From: Candidatus Shapirobacteria bacterium
Lineage (GTDB): Bacteria > Patescibacteriota > Microgenomatia > UBA12405
Direction: 5' to 3'
Length of the DNA stretch: 64,000 nucleotides
Assembly (NCBI GenBank): GCA_028704885.1
Contig: JAQWEN010000001.1
Coordinates: 286,679-350,678 of the forward strand
The notes under the pieces were generated by a model. It was not told the DNA's origin. It searched no databases and saw nothing but the letters and a program-made list of their open reading frames with translations. A program made the position numbers and the translations under genes. The first letter of the stretch is position 1. Each line of letters starts with the position of its first letter. Below, piece after piece: positions 18,937-29,158 of the stretch.

Positions 18937-19650
18937 TTATACAAGATTAGTAAAGATTTTGGTAGCTTTAATTGAAGCATCTTCTTCGGCCTTTTGTTTT
19001 GAGTTGCCACAACCGGTGGCAACTAATTCTTCTCCAACATAAACAGCTACTTCAAAGTTTTTTTGATGATCAGGACCAGATTCACTAACTGTCTGATATT
19101 TTGGAGTTATTCCCCTTTTTGATTGAGCAATTTCCTGAAAAAGGCTTTTTGGATCTTTGTAAATTTGTTTTGAGGATAGTTTAGAAATACTTTCGGTTAA
19201 AGTTTTGTCTAAAAACTTAAAAGCGGGAACAATTCCATCATCAAGATAGATTGATCCGAGAATGGCTTCGAAGGTATCAGCTAGAATTGATTGATTAGTT
19301 CGACCACCATGTCTTTCTTCACCTTTGGAAAGCATAATAAAATTACCAAGGTTAATATTAGAAGCTATTAATGATAAATTTTGAGTGCAAACTATTAATG
19401 AGCGAAGATTGGTTAAATCACCTTCATTAAATTGGGGAAATTGACGAAATAATTTATCTGAAATCCAAAATTCAAGGATAGAATCCCCTAAAAATTCATA
19501 AGTTTCATTTGATTGTAAATTTTCGTCACGATGTTCGTTTATGTAAGAACGATGAGTGAGAGCTTTAACTAATTTGTTTTCGTCTTTAAATGTGTAGTCA
19601 ATTTTGACCTGGAGATCCTTAAAGTTTTGATTCATTTTCTTGGTTAACAT
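18937..19650 (-). CDS. rnc: ribonuclease III
   Basis: Signature ETYEFLGDSILE plus a C-terminal dsRBD. Confidence 0.9.
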   Translation of the reverse strand: MLTKKMNQNFKDLQVKIDYTFKDENKLVKALTHRSYINEHRDENLQSNETYEFLGDSILEFWISDKLFRQFPQFNEGDLTNLRSLIVCTQNLSLIASNINLGNFIMLSKGEERHGGRTNQSILADTFEAILGSIYLDDGIVPAFKFLDKTLTESISKLSSKQIYKDPKSLFQEIAQSKRGITPKYQTVSESGPDHQKNFEVAVYVGEELVATGCGNSKQKAEEDASIKATKIFTNLV

Positions 19651-20026
19651 CTAAATTTGATTTTTTGATAGCACTGCCAATAACTCCATTAACAAAAGAA
19701 GAACTAGTTTCAGTACCATATTCTTTGGCGATTTCTATAGCCTCATCAATTACGACTTTTGGAGGATTCTTTTTAAGATAAAATAATTCCCAAAAAGTAT
19801 ATCTTAAGACACTGAGATCTATGTGGTTAATTTTATCTAATGGCCATTTGGGGGCATTTTCTTGAATAATTAGATCGATTTCAGGAACAACTTTGACAAT
19901 TTCGTCGAATTCTTCGGTTTTAGATTCAATCCCACCGCAACCCCAAGCAAATAATGCTTGAACGTTTTTGATTCTTTTTAAATGGCGAGGATCGAATTTA
20001 TTTTTCACTGTTTGCAATTTGGACAT
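19619..20026 (-). CDS. nusB: transcription antitermination factor NusB-like
   Basis: RIKNVQALFAW and VIDEAIEIAKEYGTETSSSFVNGVIG motifs. Start placed at MSKLQTV; the track ORF extends into rpmF in another frame. Confidence 0.6.
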   Translation of the reverse strand: MSKLQTVKNKFDPRHLKRIKNVQALFAWGCGGIESKTEEFDEIVKVVPEIDLIIQENAPKWPLDKINHIDLSVLRYTFWELFYLKKNPPKVVIDEAIEIAKEYGTETSSSFVNGVIGSAIKKSNLDVNQENESKL

Positions 20027-20157
20027 TGAAAACCAGCCATTTTTGGCTGACCACAATGTTTACAACTTACGGGTTTGGCTATTTTAGGGCCAGTTTGTGA
20101 GGCTCTTCGTTTGCCTTGTCGGCGACTAGATGGCCAATGTTTTGGTACTGCTGTCAT
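20005..20157 (-). CDS. rpmF: 50S ribosomal protein L32
   Basis: 50-aa ORF absent from the track: MTAVPKHWPSSRRQGKRRASQTGPKIAKPVSCKHCGQPKMAGFQCPNCKQ. It has the MAVPK-like N-terminus and two Cys pairs. Confidence 0.65.
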   Translation of the reverse strand: MTAVPKHWPSSRRQGKRRASQTGPKIAKPVSCKHCGQPKMAGFQCPNCKQ

Positions 20158-20200
20158 GGGAGTATTGTATCAGAAAAATAAATGATTTCTAATACGTAAT

Positions 20201-22210
20201 TTAATTACTAATAATTGACTCAGCGGTAATGTTTTCGGAGGTAATTTGGGAAAAATTATAATCCGGGTAATTATCAATAATCTCTTTTAAAATTTCCTGG
20301 CTGAGGCTAATTAATTTAGTGTCGGAAAAGCTGGCAATTTTAAGGGAGGGAAAACCATGCTGAATAGTAGAAAAAGCTTCGCCTGGTCCCCTGCTTTTTA
20401 GGTCAAATTCGGCAATTTTTAGACCATTATGATTTTTTTCTAAAAAATTAAGACGATCAATAGCTTTTTGATTGTTTGATTCGGTAAAAAGATAACAATA
20501 ACTTTGAAGATGGCCTCGACCGACTCGGCCACGAAGCTGGTGAAGGGCTGCCAAACCAAATCGATCAGCTGATTGAATAATAATAATGGAAGAATTGGGA
20601 ATATCAACACCGACTTCGATAATGGGAGTGGTAATTAAAATATCAAGTTGTTTGTCTTGAAATTGTTTAATAATTTTTTCCCGATCGACTGATTTTATTT
20701 TACCGTGAATTAGGCCTAATTTAAGATTTGGGAAAACTTCTTTTGATAAATGTTCAAATTCTTGAATAGCTGATTTAACACTGGCCATAGATTCGGAAAT
20801 ATCAATAAAAGGACAAACAATAAAAGCTTGACAGCCGGTTTTTTTAATTTCGGTTTCGATCCATTTATAACAACTGGTTTTTTTATGGTCGGGAACTAAA
20901 AAAGTTTTTATTTGAAGACGGTTTTGAGGAAGAGTGTCAATTATGGAAATATCTAGATTACCAAGCAATGTGAGACTAATGGTTCTAGGAATTGGTGTAG
21001 CGGTCATAGTGAGGCAATGCGGCAGTTTTAGTGATGAATTTAGAAAAGATCTTTGTTTAACTCCAAATTTATGTTGTTCATCAACTATCAATAAAGAAAT
21101 CTTGTTTTTTAGATTTAATTTTTGGTAAATAACAGCATGAGTACTAATGAGAATTCCATTTTTAGGTATCTTTTTAAGATCGATCTTTTTAGAGCCGGTT
21201 AACAAAAAAATAGGGATATCTTTATTTTTTAATATTTCTTGAAAGTTTTGATAATGTTGATTGGCGAGAATTTCGGTGGGGGCAATCAAAACTGAAAGAG
21301 AGTTGTTTAAATGAGTTAGATAACAAGCCAATAAAGCAATTATGGTTTTACCCGAGCCGACATCGCCTTGAAGAAGTCGATTCATAACTTGTTTTTGGTT
21401 AGTAAGATCAGTAAAAATTTCGGCTAAAACTTTGTCCTGAGAATCGGTTAGTTTATAAGGAAGTGATTTAATTAGATCTTTAATTTTTTTATCGATAATT
21501 TTGGTAACTTTTAATTTGGTTTTGGGGATATTTTTTTGCCATTCTTTCTTCAAAAGGTAGGATCGAATTTGAAGAGATAAAATTTCTTCGGTGGCAAGAC
21601 GAGTTCGGGCTTGTTCTAAAAATTGAGGATTGGTGGGACAGTGAATTTGGAGAAGAGAGATTTTAAGATCTAATAATTTAAATTTTTTAATCAAATTAGA
21701 AGGTAGAGTTTCTTTAATGTCTTTTAATAGATTATTAATTTGGATTTGAATTATTTTTCGAAACCATTTAGATGTTAATCCACTAGTTTCAGGATAGACA
21801 GAAATTATTTTACCAGTATTGTATTGACCGTATTCTGGGGCAATAATAGTTTTTTTGTTTAGGTAAAGACTGACAGTGCCAGCAAAACTAAGATTATCCC
21901 CTGCCTTAATATTTTTTGATAAATAAGGCTGATTAAACCAAATTAAATCTATTTTTCCGGTATCATCGGAAACGATGGCTTTTTGAATATTTTTGCCGTT
22001 TCGAGTAAAAATATTTTTGAAGTCGATAACCTTGCCGGTAATAGTGATGTTTTCATTTTCCAGAACGGAATTTATTTTGACAGAGTGAGAAAAATCAATG
22101 TATCGGCTGGGAAAATGATAAAGCAAATCTTTCGGATGATTAATATTAAGACGGTTAAGTTTTTCAAGAATTTTAGGTCCAATACCAGGAATTTGAGAAA
22201 GGCTATCCAT
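20201..22210 (-). CDS. recG: ATP-dependent DNA helicase RecG
   Basis: Walker A GDVGSGKT, DEQH box (VDEQHKFGV), N-terminal wedge-like domain, and helicase C-terminal motifs (QLRGRVGRG). Confidence 0.9.
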   Translation of the reverse strand: MDSLSQIPGIGPKILEKLNRLNINHPKDLLYHFPSRYIDFSHSVKINSVLENENITITGKVIDFKNIFTRNGKNIQKAIVSDDTGKIDLIWFNQPYLSKNIKAGDNLSFAGTVSLYLNKKTIIAPEYGQYNTGKIISVYPETSGLTSKWFRKIIQIQINNLLKDIKETLPSNLIKKFKLLDLKISLLQIHCPTNPQFLEQARTRLATEEILSLQIRSYLLKKEWQKNIPKTKLKVTKIIDKKIKDLIKSLPYKLTDSQDKVLAEIFTDLTNQKQVMNRLLQGDVGSGKTIIALLACYLTHLNNSLSVLIAPTEILANQHYQNFQEILKNKDIPIFLLTGSKKIDLKKIPKNGILISTHAVIYQKLNLKNKISLLIVDEQHKFGVKQRSFLNSSLKLPHCLTMTATPIPRTISLTLLGNLDISIIDTLPQNRLQIKTFLVPDHKKTSCYKWIETEIKKTGCQAFIVCPFIDISESMASVKSAIQEFEHLSKEVFPNLKLGLIHGKIKSVDREKIIKQFQDKQLDILITTPIIEVGVDIPNSSIIIIQSADRFGLAALHQLRGRVGRGHLQSYCYLFTESNNQKAIDRLNFLEKNHNGLKIAEFDLKSRGPGEAFSTIQHGFPSLKIASFSDTKLISLSQEILKEIIDNYPDYNFSQITSENITAESIISN

Positions 22211-22393
22211 AAAAATAATAATATCAGAAAATTTTTTAGTTTTCGGGTTTAATTGGGGTTAATTGGTTTTATATTTGTGTTATGATTAGATTATGAAAAT
22301 TAGGAAGAAAACAGTTACTAAAGCCATATTGGTTGTGACTTTGATGATGTTGTTATTATCTGGTTTGATGGCTCCATTGATGGTTTTAATTAA

Positions 22394-25063
22394 ATGAAAG
22401 ATAAATTAATAAATTTTTTCATAAAAATAAAAAACTGGATTGTTATTAATTTTGCCAATTTAAAGATGAAAATTAAAAGCAAGGTTAATTTTAAAAGCAA
22501 GGATTTTTGGTTTAGATTTTTTCGAGCGATTTTGATTTTAGCAGCTATTGGTTTTGTGGCTTTAATAGTTTTGTTTGTATGGTATTCAAAAGATTTACCA
22601 TCACCAACCAAAGTGGTGCGAAGGGATGGCTATTCAAGTAAAGTTTATGACAGAAATAATAATCCTTTATATGATATTTACGATCAAGCAAGAAGAGACC
22701 CAGTGGTTTTCAGTGATATTCCTGATTATTTGAAAAAAGCAACGGTAGCAGTAGAAGATAAGGATTTTTATAAACATAATGGTTTTGACCCGTTAACTCC
22801 ATTTAGAATTGTTAAGAATGTTTTTTATTTTGGAAAAGTAACTGGTGGTTCAACTTTAACTCAACAATTAACCAGAAATGTTTTATTAACAACTGAAAGG
22901 TCTTTGACTAGAAAAATTAAAGAATTGATTTTGTCAATCCAAATTGATGCTAAATATAGTAAAGATGAAATTTTGTCGATGTATTTAAATGAAGCACCTT
23001 ATGGTGGAGCCTCTTGGGGGGTTGGTCCAGCAGCAGAACAATATTTCAATAAACCAGTTAAAGAACTGAATTTAGCAGAATGTGCAATTTTGGCAGGATT
23101 ACCTCAACTACCTAGTGTTTATTCCCCTTTCTCGAAAACACCAGTGGCTTATATAAATAGGACGAATCATGTATTAAATAGAATGGTTGAGGATGGCTAT
23201 ATTAGTAAAGAATTAGCGACTGAAACTATGGAACAAGTTAAAAATTATAAATTTAATGATAATAGTTCAATAACAAAGGCACCGCATTTTGTTTTTTGGA
23301 TTAAAGAATTATTAGCAGAAAAATATGGAGAAGATGTAGTTGAAGGCGGAGGCCTTAAAATTACGACGACTTTGGATTTAGAACTACAGGAACAAGCTCA
23401 AAAAATAGTAAGTGAGGAAGTTGATAAGGCTGAAAATTTGGGAATAAGTAATGGAGCGGCTTTAATTTTAGATCCGACAAATGGTCAGGTTTTAGCAATG
23501 GTAGGATCTAGGGGTTATTTTTCAGACAAAACGGATGGAGCTTTTAATGTGACGACCCAGGCTTTAAGACAGCCAGGTTCGGCAATTAAACCAGTAACTT
23601 ATTTAGCTGGTTTGAAAAAAGGAATGACAGCGGCAACCATGATTATGGATACTCCGGTCACTTTTGCTGGGGTTGGAGGACAAAAAGATTATAGTCCAAA
23701 AAATTACAACGGTAAATTTAACGGACCAATGTCTCTAAGAGATGCTTTAGGTAATTCAATAAATATAACAGCAGTAAAAACATTAGCCAATGTGGGAGTG
23801 GAGAATATGTTGAAATTGGCCTATGACATGGGTATGTCTACCTTAGAACCAACAAAAGAAAATTTATCAAAGTTTGGTTTTGCGGTAACACTTGGGGGAG
23901 CTGAAGTTAAGATGATTGAATTGGCTTCGGCTTATACAGCCTTTGCAAATGGTGGTACTAGCATGAAAGCAATAGGAGTTTTAAAAGTTGAAGATAGAAA
24001 TGGTCGAGTTTTGGAAGAATATAAAGTACCGGATGGTAAAAAAGTAATGACACCACAAGAAGCTTTTATTATTTCAAATATATTATCTGATAATAGTGCT
24101 CGGGAATTAACTTTTGGAGCTGTTAACGGTCTTCAAGTTTCGGGATATCAAGTTGCAGTTAAAACAGGAACAACAAATGATAAAAGGGATAATTGGGCAA
24201 TTGGCTGGACACCTAATTTATTAAGTGCAGTTTGGGTGGGAAATAATGATAATAGCCCAATGGGAAAAATTGCTTCTGGTGTATCTGGAGCAACTCCAAT
24301 TTGGAAAAAGATAATGGTTTCTAGTTTACCAAAAAGAAATAAAGAAGATTTTTCGATTCCAGATAAGATTGTTAATCTGGATGTTGATAAAATTTCGGGT
24401 TATTTAGCTCATGATGGTTTTGTTTCTAAAAAAGAATATTTTATTGACGGAACCCAATCCTCTATTTCTGATCCAATTCATATGAATTTAAAAATTTGTC
24501 GAGGATTAACTGGACTAGCTACTCCTGAAGATGTGACAAGTGGGAATTATGATTCTAAAGAATTTTTTAATTTTTCAGAAAGCGACCCGGTTTCAACTGA
24601 TGGCAAAAATAGATGGCAGGAAGGTATAAATACTTGGATTTCACAACAATCAGATAATGGTAAATATTTTCCACCGACCGGTTATTGTCGCAGTGGTGGT
24701 TTAATAGGTTTATCGATTGATTCGCCAGCTGACAGAACCACAACTGCTACTGGAAATTTTACAGCTAGAATAACGGCCACTTCTTCAAAGAAAATTATAG
24801 AAGTAAAACTTTGGCTGGATGGAGTTGAAAAAAAGACATGGACGGAAAAACCATACGAAATGGAACTTAATTTAGAAGATGGCAAGCATATTATTAAAGT
24901 TAAGGCAACAGATAAGGATGGTAATGTCCAAGAAAAAGAATCTCTTTTTGGAGTTAATATTCCTTGGGATGCAACTCCAACTCCAATTCCTAGTCCAACC
25001 AATACTCCAGAAAATACGCCAATTGTGCCAATAAGTTCTCCAACTGCAACACCTTCTCCCTAA
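22394..25063 (+). CDS. class A penicillin-binding protein (PBP1A-type transglycosylase/transpeptidase) with Ig-like domain and Pro/Thr-rich tail
   Basis: GT51 motifs (EDKDFYKHNGFD, GGSTLTQQL), transpeptidase SxxK (SAIKP) and KTGT. C-terminal PTPIPSPTNTPENTP repeat. Confidence 0.85.
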   Translation: MKDKLINFFIKIKNWIVINFANLKMKIKSKVNFKSKDFWFRFFRAILILAAIGFVALIVLFVWYSKDLPSPTKVVRRDGYSSKVYDRNNNPLYDIYDQARRDPVVFSDIPDYLKKATVAVEDKDFYKHNGFDPLTPFRIVKNVFYFGKVTGGSTLTQQLTRNVLLTTERSLTRKIKELILSIQIDAKYSKDEILSMYLNEAPYGGASWGVGPAAEQYFNKPVKELNLAECAILAGLPQLPSVYSPFSKTPVAYINRTNHVLNRMVEDGYISKELATETMEQVKNYKFNDNSSITKAPHFVFWIKELLAEKYGEDVVEGGGLKITTTLDLELQEQAQKIVSEEVDKAENLGISNGAALILDPTNGQVLAMVGSRGYFSDKTDGAFNVTTQALRQPGSAIKPVTYLAGLKKGMTAATMIMDTPVTFAGVGGQKDYSPKNYNGKFNGPMSLRDALGNSINITAVKTLANVGVENMLKLAYDMGMSTLEPTKENLSKFGFAVTLGGAEVKMIELASAYTAFANGGTSMKAIGVLKVEDRNGRVLEEYKVPDGKKVMTPQEAFIISNILSDNSARELTFGAVNGLQVSGYQVAVKTGTTNDKRDNWAIGWTPNLLSAVWVGNNDNSPMGKIASGVSGATPIWKKIMVSSLPKRNKEDFSIPDKIVNLDVDKISGYLAHDGFVSKKEYFIDGTQSSISDPIHMNLKICRGLTGLATPEDVTSGNYDSKEFFNFSESDPVSTDGKNRWQEGINTWISQQSDNGKYFPPTGYCRSGGLIGLSIDSPADRTTTATGNFTARITATSSKKIIEVKLWLDGVEKKTWTEKPYEMELNLEDGKHIIKVKATDKDGNVQEKESLFGVNIPWDATPTPIPSPTNTPENTPIVPISSPTATPSP

Positions 25064-25090
25064 AGATAGGATAAATATAAAAATGGCAGG

Positions 25091-25122
25091 TATTTAGCAG
25101 TCTATTAGTCTGACTGCTAATA
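25091..25122. repeat. palindromic element TATTTAGCAGTC-N9-GACTGCTAATA (copy A)
   Basis: Inverted repeat between convergent PBP and pheT genes. Arms are identical to copy B at 50654..50685, the loop differs, and GTGTATGTATAT lies adjacent. Confidence 0.5.
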
Positions 25123-25173
25123 CATACTGTGTATGTATATTTACAAAATAACTGGGTTTAAATTGACATTTAA

Positions 25174-26967
25174 TTAAATTAAATCGAAAGTTTTTAAATG
25201 AAGTACTTTGGCTGTTTTGTCGTCGGTATTAAAATATGAAGCTTGGAAAGTGTAACGGTACTTATTAGTTTTTGGATCTTGATAAATATCTGTAATAATC
25301 AGCTTCCAAAGTATTTTTGGTCCAATGATGTCTGAATATTTGGCAATTAATTTAGTTGGATCCTCTTTGGTTTCTAAAATAAGATTAGCGTCGAGAGTGA
25401 TAATCTGAGAGGTAAGTTCGAAGGCATTGTTTTCATTTATTTTGGGAATATAATTTTCTGGTTTAGAAAGATTATCAATTATTATTTCAGCAAAATTATT
25501 ATCAATAATTTTAGCTTCAAGATTTAATTGTTGAAGGTTTTCTAGTAATTGAGCTGGGTTATAATGATAGATACCTAAGGCATTTTTTTCAACATAATCA
25601 TCCCCGGCTTTAGAAAAAACTTTTCCAATTTCAAAAAATTGAGTTTCTGGTAATTTAAAACGATTATATTGATCGAGCTGTTGAACCAGAGATGGAATTA
25701 AAGACTGGCGAAGATAAATAGCCTCGGAATTAATGCTGTTTTGAGTGGTTATAACAGTTTTTTCGTCAACAGGAGTGGTAACTAACGGCCAAGTTAGAAC
25801 TTCATCATAACCAAGTTCAACTAGTTTATCTTTAAGGCTTTCGATTAAGTAAATTTCTTTGGGGGTGATATCGGCTAATTCTTTAAAGACGAGAGGTTGA
25901 TTAAGAGGAATTTTTTGGTAACCCCAAAAACGAACTACTTCTTCAATTAAATCGGCTTCAATGGAAATGTCTTTTCTTACTGATGGTGGAGTAATTAAAG
26001 AATTATTTATTTGACAACCAAGACGAGCTAAACAATCAAGAGAAAAATCGGTAGGAATTTCAATACCAGAAACTAAAGAGGCTTTTTGGGGATTGAATTC
26101 GATTTCAGGTAATTCTATTTTTTGAGGATAGTGATCAAAGATTTGGGAAGTAATTTGACCTCCACAATTTTCTAAAATTAAATTAACTAAATGATTAAAA
26201 GCAGTGGGAATTAATTCAGGATCAAGATCTTTTTCAAGACGAATGCTGGCTTCAGTAACAGATTTTAATTGACGACTGTTTTGGCGGACAGTGGTACGGT
26301 CATAAATAGCAACTTCAACAATTATGTCAGTAGTTTCCAAATCAATAGCACAAGCCTCTCCTCCCCAAAAACTAAGGCTGAGAGATTTGTTAGGGTTATT
26401 AATCATCAAGATGTCATTATTTAGAGTTAATTTTGAGCCATCAAGACTGGTAAATTCTTTAAATTTAGAATTCATTTCCCAGATAAGATTGTCAGTCGAT
26501 TTGGAGGTATCAAAGGCATGATTGGGAATGCCATATAAAAACATAATATAGTTGGTTAAATCGACAATAGTGTTAATGGATTTGGAAGCATGACATTTAA
26601 GAAAAGTTTGAAGCCATTGTGGAGAGGAAGAATTTTTTATATGGCAGATTTTGGCAGCCATGACTCGTTTGACATTTGAAGTATTTACTTGGATTGGGAG
26701 AGAGTAGTTAGATTTTAGATCATCGATCGTAGATGATAAATTTTGGAGAGGAAGATTATAAAAAACAGATAAATCTTTAGCTAAACCATAATATCCAAGA
26801 CAATCACCACGATTAACTTTAATGTCTAAATCAAAAACAATTTCATTGTCAATTTTTTCAAAAAAATTAGTGAAATGACCAATCATGGTTAAATCATCGC
26901 GGAGTTGTTGAGGTTCAACTGAAAGATCGGGTAAAAATTTTTTGAGTTCGGAATAGATTATTTTCAT
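25174..26967 (-). CDS. pheT: phenylalanine--tRNA ligase beta subunit (short form)
   Basis: Translationally coupled downstream of pheS. B3/4 and B5-like regions. 597 aa, apparently lacking the N-terminal tRNA-binding domain. Confidence 0.8.
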   Translation of the reverse strand: MKIIYSELKKFLPDLSVEPQQLRDDLTMIGHFTNFFEKIDNEIVFDLDIKVNRGDCLGYYGLAKDLSVFYNLPLQNLSSTIDDLKSNYSLPIQVNTSNVKRVMAAKICHIKNSSSPQWLQTFLKCHASKSINTIVDLTNYIMFLYGIPNHAFDTSKSTDNLIWEMNSKFKEFTSLDGSKLTLNNDILMINNPNKSLSLSFWGGEACAIDLETTDIIVEVAIYDRTTVRQNSRQLKSVTEASIRLEKDLDPELIPTAFNHLVNLILENCGGQITSQIFDHYPQKIELPEIEFNPQKASLVSGIEIPTDFSLDCLARLGCQINNSLITPPSVRKDISIEADLIEEVVRFWGYQKIPLNQPLVFKELADITPKEIYLIESLKDKLVELGYDEVLTWPLVTTPVDEKTVITTQNSINSEAIYLRQSLIPSLVQQLDQYNRFKLPETQFFEIGKVFSKAGDDYVEKNALGIYHYNPAQLLENLQQLNLEAKIIDNNFAEIIIDNLSKPENYIPKINENNAFELTSQIITLDANLILETKEDPTKLIAKYSDIIGPKILWKLIITDIYQDPKTNKYRYTFQASYFNTDDKTAKVLHLKTFDLI

Positions 26968-27977
26968 AATTCGTTTGGTTTGTAGGCTAAATTTCCACCC
27001 ATGAGGGTGCGGATGTCTTTAATATTTTTTTGAGCCATGGTCCAGCGATCAAGACCCATACCAAAAGCAAAACCAGACCAAACTTTAGAATCGATACCAG
27101 CCATTTCTAAAACTTTAGGATGAATCATGCCGCTGCCGCCCATTTCGATCCAGCCGGCATATTTACAAAGAGGACAACCGACGCCGTGACAACTGAAACA
27201 TTGCATATCAGGACCGACACCTGGCTCAACTTCGGGATAATATTTGGCATGATAGCGAACGACAACATCAGGACCATAAAGAGTTTTAAACATTAAATCC
27301 ATAGTGCCAATTAAATCTTTCATGGTGACATTTTTATCGACAACAACGGCTTGATATTGATGAAAAACAAAATGGTTACTACGATTAACTTTTTCATTTC
27401 GAAAAACACTTCCAGGAAAAGCAGCCCGGAGAGGCAAATCTTTGTTTTTTTGAGCTAACAAATAGGCTTCAATGGCAGAGGTTTGAGTGCGAAGAAGATA
27501 TTCTGGTTCTTTGATATAAATGCTATCCTGCATATCCATAGCGGGATGATTTTTGGGAACATTAAGGCGAGCAAAATTAAATTCGTCGGTAACAATTTCA
27601 GGACTGTTGTAAACAGAGAAGCCAAGCTTTTTGAAAACCTGATTTAGTTGTCTTTCAGTTTGAGTAATAGGGTGAAGATGACCGATTTTTGGCAAGCCAA
27701 AAATTGTAGATGTCAGTTTTTCAGATGTCAGTTTTTCAGATTTTTCTACTGTTTTATTTGATAATAATTGTTCTAGTTCGGTTTTGAGTTGATTAAGATC
27801 GGCACCGTATTGACGTTTTTCTTCGTTTGGAATGTCTTTGATTTTGGAAAACAAATCATTAACTAAACCATTACGACCAAAAAGTTCGATTCGTAAACTT
27901 TCTAATTCTTGGTCGGTTTTGAGATTAGAAATTTTTTCTAAATATTGAATCTTAATGTTGTCTAAATTTTGATTCAT
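26964..27977 (-). CDS. pheS: phenylalanine--tRNA ligase alpha subunit
   Basis: Class II aaRS motifs (FPGSVFRNE, GFAFGMGLDR). 337 aa. Confidence 0.9.
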   Translation of the reverse strand: MNQNLDNIKIQYLEKISNLKTDQELESLRIELFGRNGLVNDLFSKIKDIPNEEKRQYGADLNQLKTELEQLLSNKTVEKSEKLTSEKLTSTIFGLPKIGHLHPITQTERQLNQVFKKLGFSVYNSPEIVTDEFNFARLNVPKNHPAMDMQDSIYIKEPEYLLRTQTSAIEAYLLAQKNKDLPLRAAFPGSVFRNEKVNRSNHFVFHQYQAVVVDKNVTMKDLIGTMDLMFKTLYGPDVVVRYHAKYYPEVEPGVGPDMQCFSCHGVGCPLCKYAGWIEMGGSGMIHPKVLEMAGIDSKVWSGFAFGMGLDRWTMAQKNIKDIRTLMGGNLAYKPNEL

Positions 27978-27988
27978 GGTTTATTTTA

Positions 27989-28013
27989 CTAAAAAAGCCC
28001 CTTTTCAGGGGCT
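27989..28013 (-). terminator. rho-independent terminator after rplT (minus strand)
   Basis: The minus strand reads AGCCCC-tgaaaa-GGGGCT followed by a 6-7 T run. Confidence 0.75.
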
Positions 28014-28040
28014 TTTAATTAATTTTTTAAATAAGTCCCC

Positions 28041-28385
28041 TTATTTCTTTATAAAATCGACGATAGTTTTAAATGAAGCATTATCTTTAATAGCAATTTC
28101 TGATAATGTTTTTCGATTTAATTCAATTTTTTTGTCTTTAAGTGTTTTAATAAAAACGGAATACTTAATTTCAAATGGTTTTAAAGCAGCATTTAAACGA
28201 GTGATCCAAACTTGACGCATATCTCGGCGACGAAGACGTCGACCTTTGAAAGCATACATACCAGAATGCATAACTGCTTCATTGGCGACTTTAAATCTTT
28301 TATGACGAGTCATCCAAAAACCTTTTGCGGCTTTTAAGATTTTTTTGTGTGCAGCTCGTCTGACTGTTCCAGTTTTAACTCTCAT
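28041..28385 (-). CDS. rplT: 50S ribosomal protein L20
   Basis: MRVKTGTVRRAAHKKILKAAKGF. Confidence 0.9.
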   Translation of the reverse strand: MRVKTGTVRRAAHKKILKAAKGFWMTRHKRFKVANEAVMHSGMYAFKGRRLRRRDMRQVWITRLNAALKPFEIKYSVFIKTLKDKKIELNRKTLSEIAIKDNASFKTIVDFIKK

Positions 28386-28389
28386 ATTT

Positions 28390-28599
28390 TTATAATTTAC
28401 CTAATAATTTTTTAACTTTAATAGCCAAAGCGTTAGCGATTGGGTGTTTACCTTTAAGTCGGCGTAATTGTTTTTTACTCTTTTTTCGACGTAAATGTCG
28501 GTTAAAAGATGACATACGCAAAACTTTACCAGTTTTGGTAACTTCAAATCTGTTAGAAACAGATTTTCTTATTTTCTTTTTTTTACTTTGTTTCTTCAT
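28390..28599 (-). CDS. rpmI: 50S ribosomal protein L35
   Basis: MKKQSKKKKIRKSVSNRFEVTKTGKVLR. Confidence 0.85.
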   Translation of the reverse strand: MKKQSKKKKIRKSVSNRFEVTKTGKVLRMSSFNRHLRRKKSKKQLRRLKGKHPIANALAIKVKKLLGKL

Positions 28600-29149
28600 T
28601 TTTTGTGCCCCCGTTTTTTTTGACAGGAGTGAATGTAAGCATTAATCTTTTTCCGATAAGCTTGGCTTCACCCTCTGGAGAGCCAAATTCTTGTAAATCG
28701 GTTTTAACTTTTGCAATTAGATTGTGGCCAAATTCCTGATGATTCATTTGGCGACCTTGGAATTTTACACTTAATTTAATTTTATTTCCAGCAGTTAAAA
28801 ATTTTTGGGATCTTTTGATCATGGTTTCATAGTCACCAGGACCGATAAATGGGCTCATTTGAATCTCTTTTAAGTCTCCACCTTTAATTCCTTTTTTTTC
28901 AGATTTGAGTTTTTTGGATTCTTGATATTTAAACTTGGAAAAACTAATTAATTTAACAACGGGAGGTATAGCATTACCATTAATTTCAACTAAGTCTAAA
29001 CCTGTTTCTTGGGCTTGTTGACGGGCTTCGTCAATTGAAACAATTCCAATTTGTTTACCATCATCACTTAAAAGTCGGATAGTTGGCGCGTTAATATAGT
29101 GGTTTATTTTATAAAACTTGCGAGGTGAATTGGTTTTGAAACTACTCAT
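28583..29149 (-). CDS. infC: translation initiation factor IF-3
   Basis: INHYINAPTIRLLSDDGKQIGIVSIDEARQQAQETGLDLVEI. Classic thrS-infC-rpmI-rplT gene order. Confidence 0.9.
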   Translation of the reverse strand: MSSFKTNSPRKFYKINHYINAPTIRLLSDDGKQIGIVSIDEARQQAQETGLDLVEINGNAIPPVVKLISFSKFKYQESKKLKSEKKGIKGGDLKEIQMSPFIGPGDYETMIKRSQKFLTAGNKIKLSVKFQGRQMNHQEFGHNLIAKVKTDLQEFGSPEGEAKLIGKRLMLTFTPVKKNGGTKNEETK

Positions 29150-29158
29150 ATAATTTGT

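Noticed and set aside
19619-20056. NusB-like ORF extended to 20056, overlapping rpmF
   Set aside because: The extension reads through the 3' end of the L32 gene in another frame. The start was moved to the Met at 20026.
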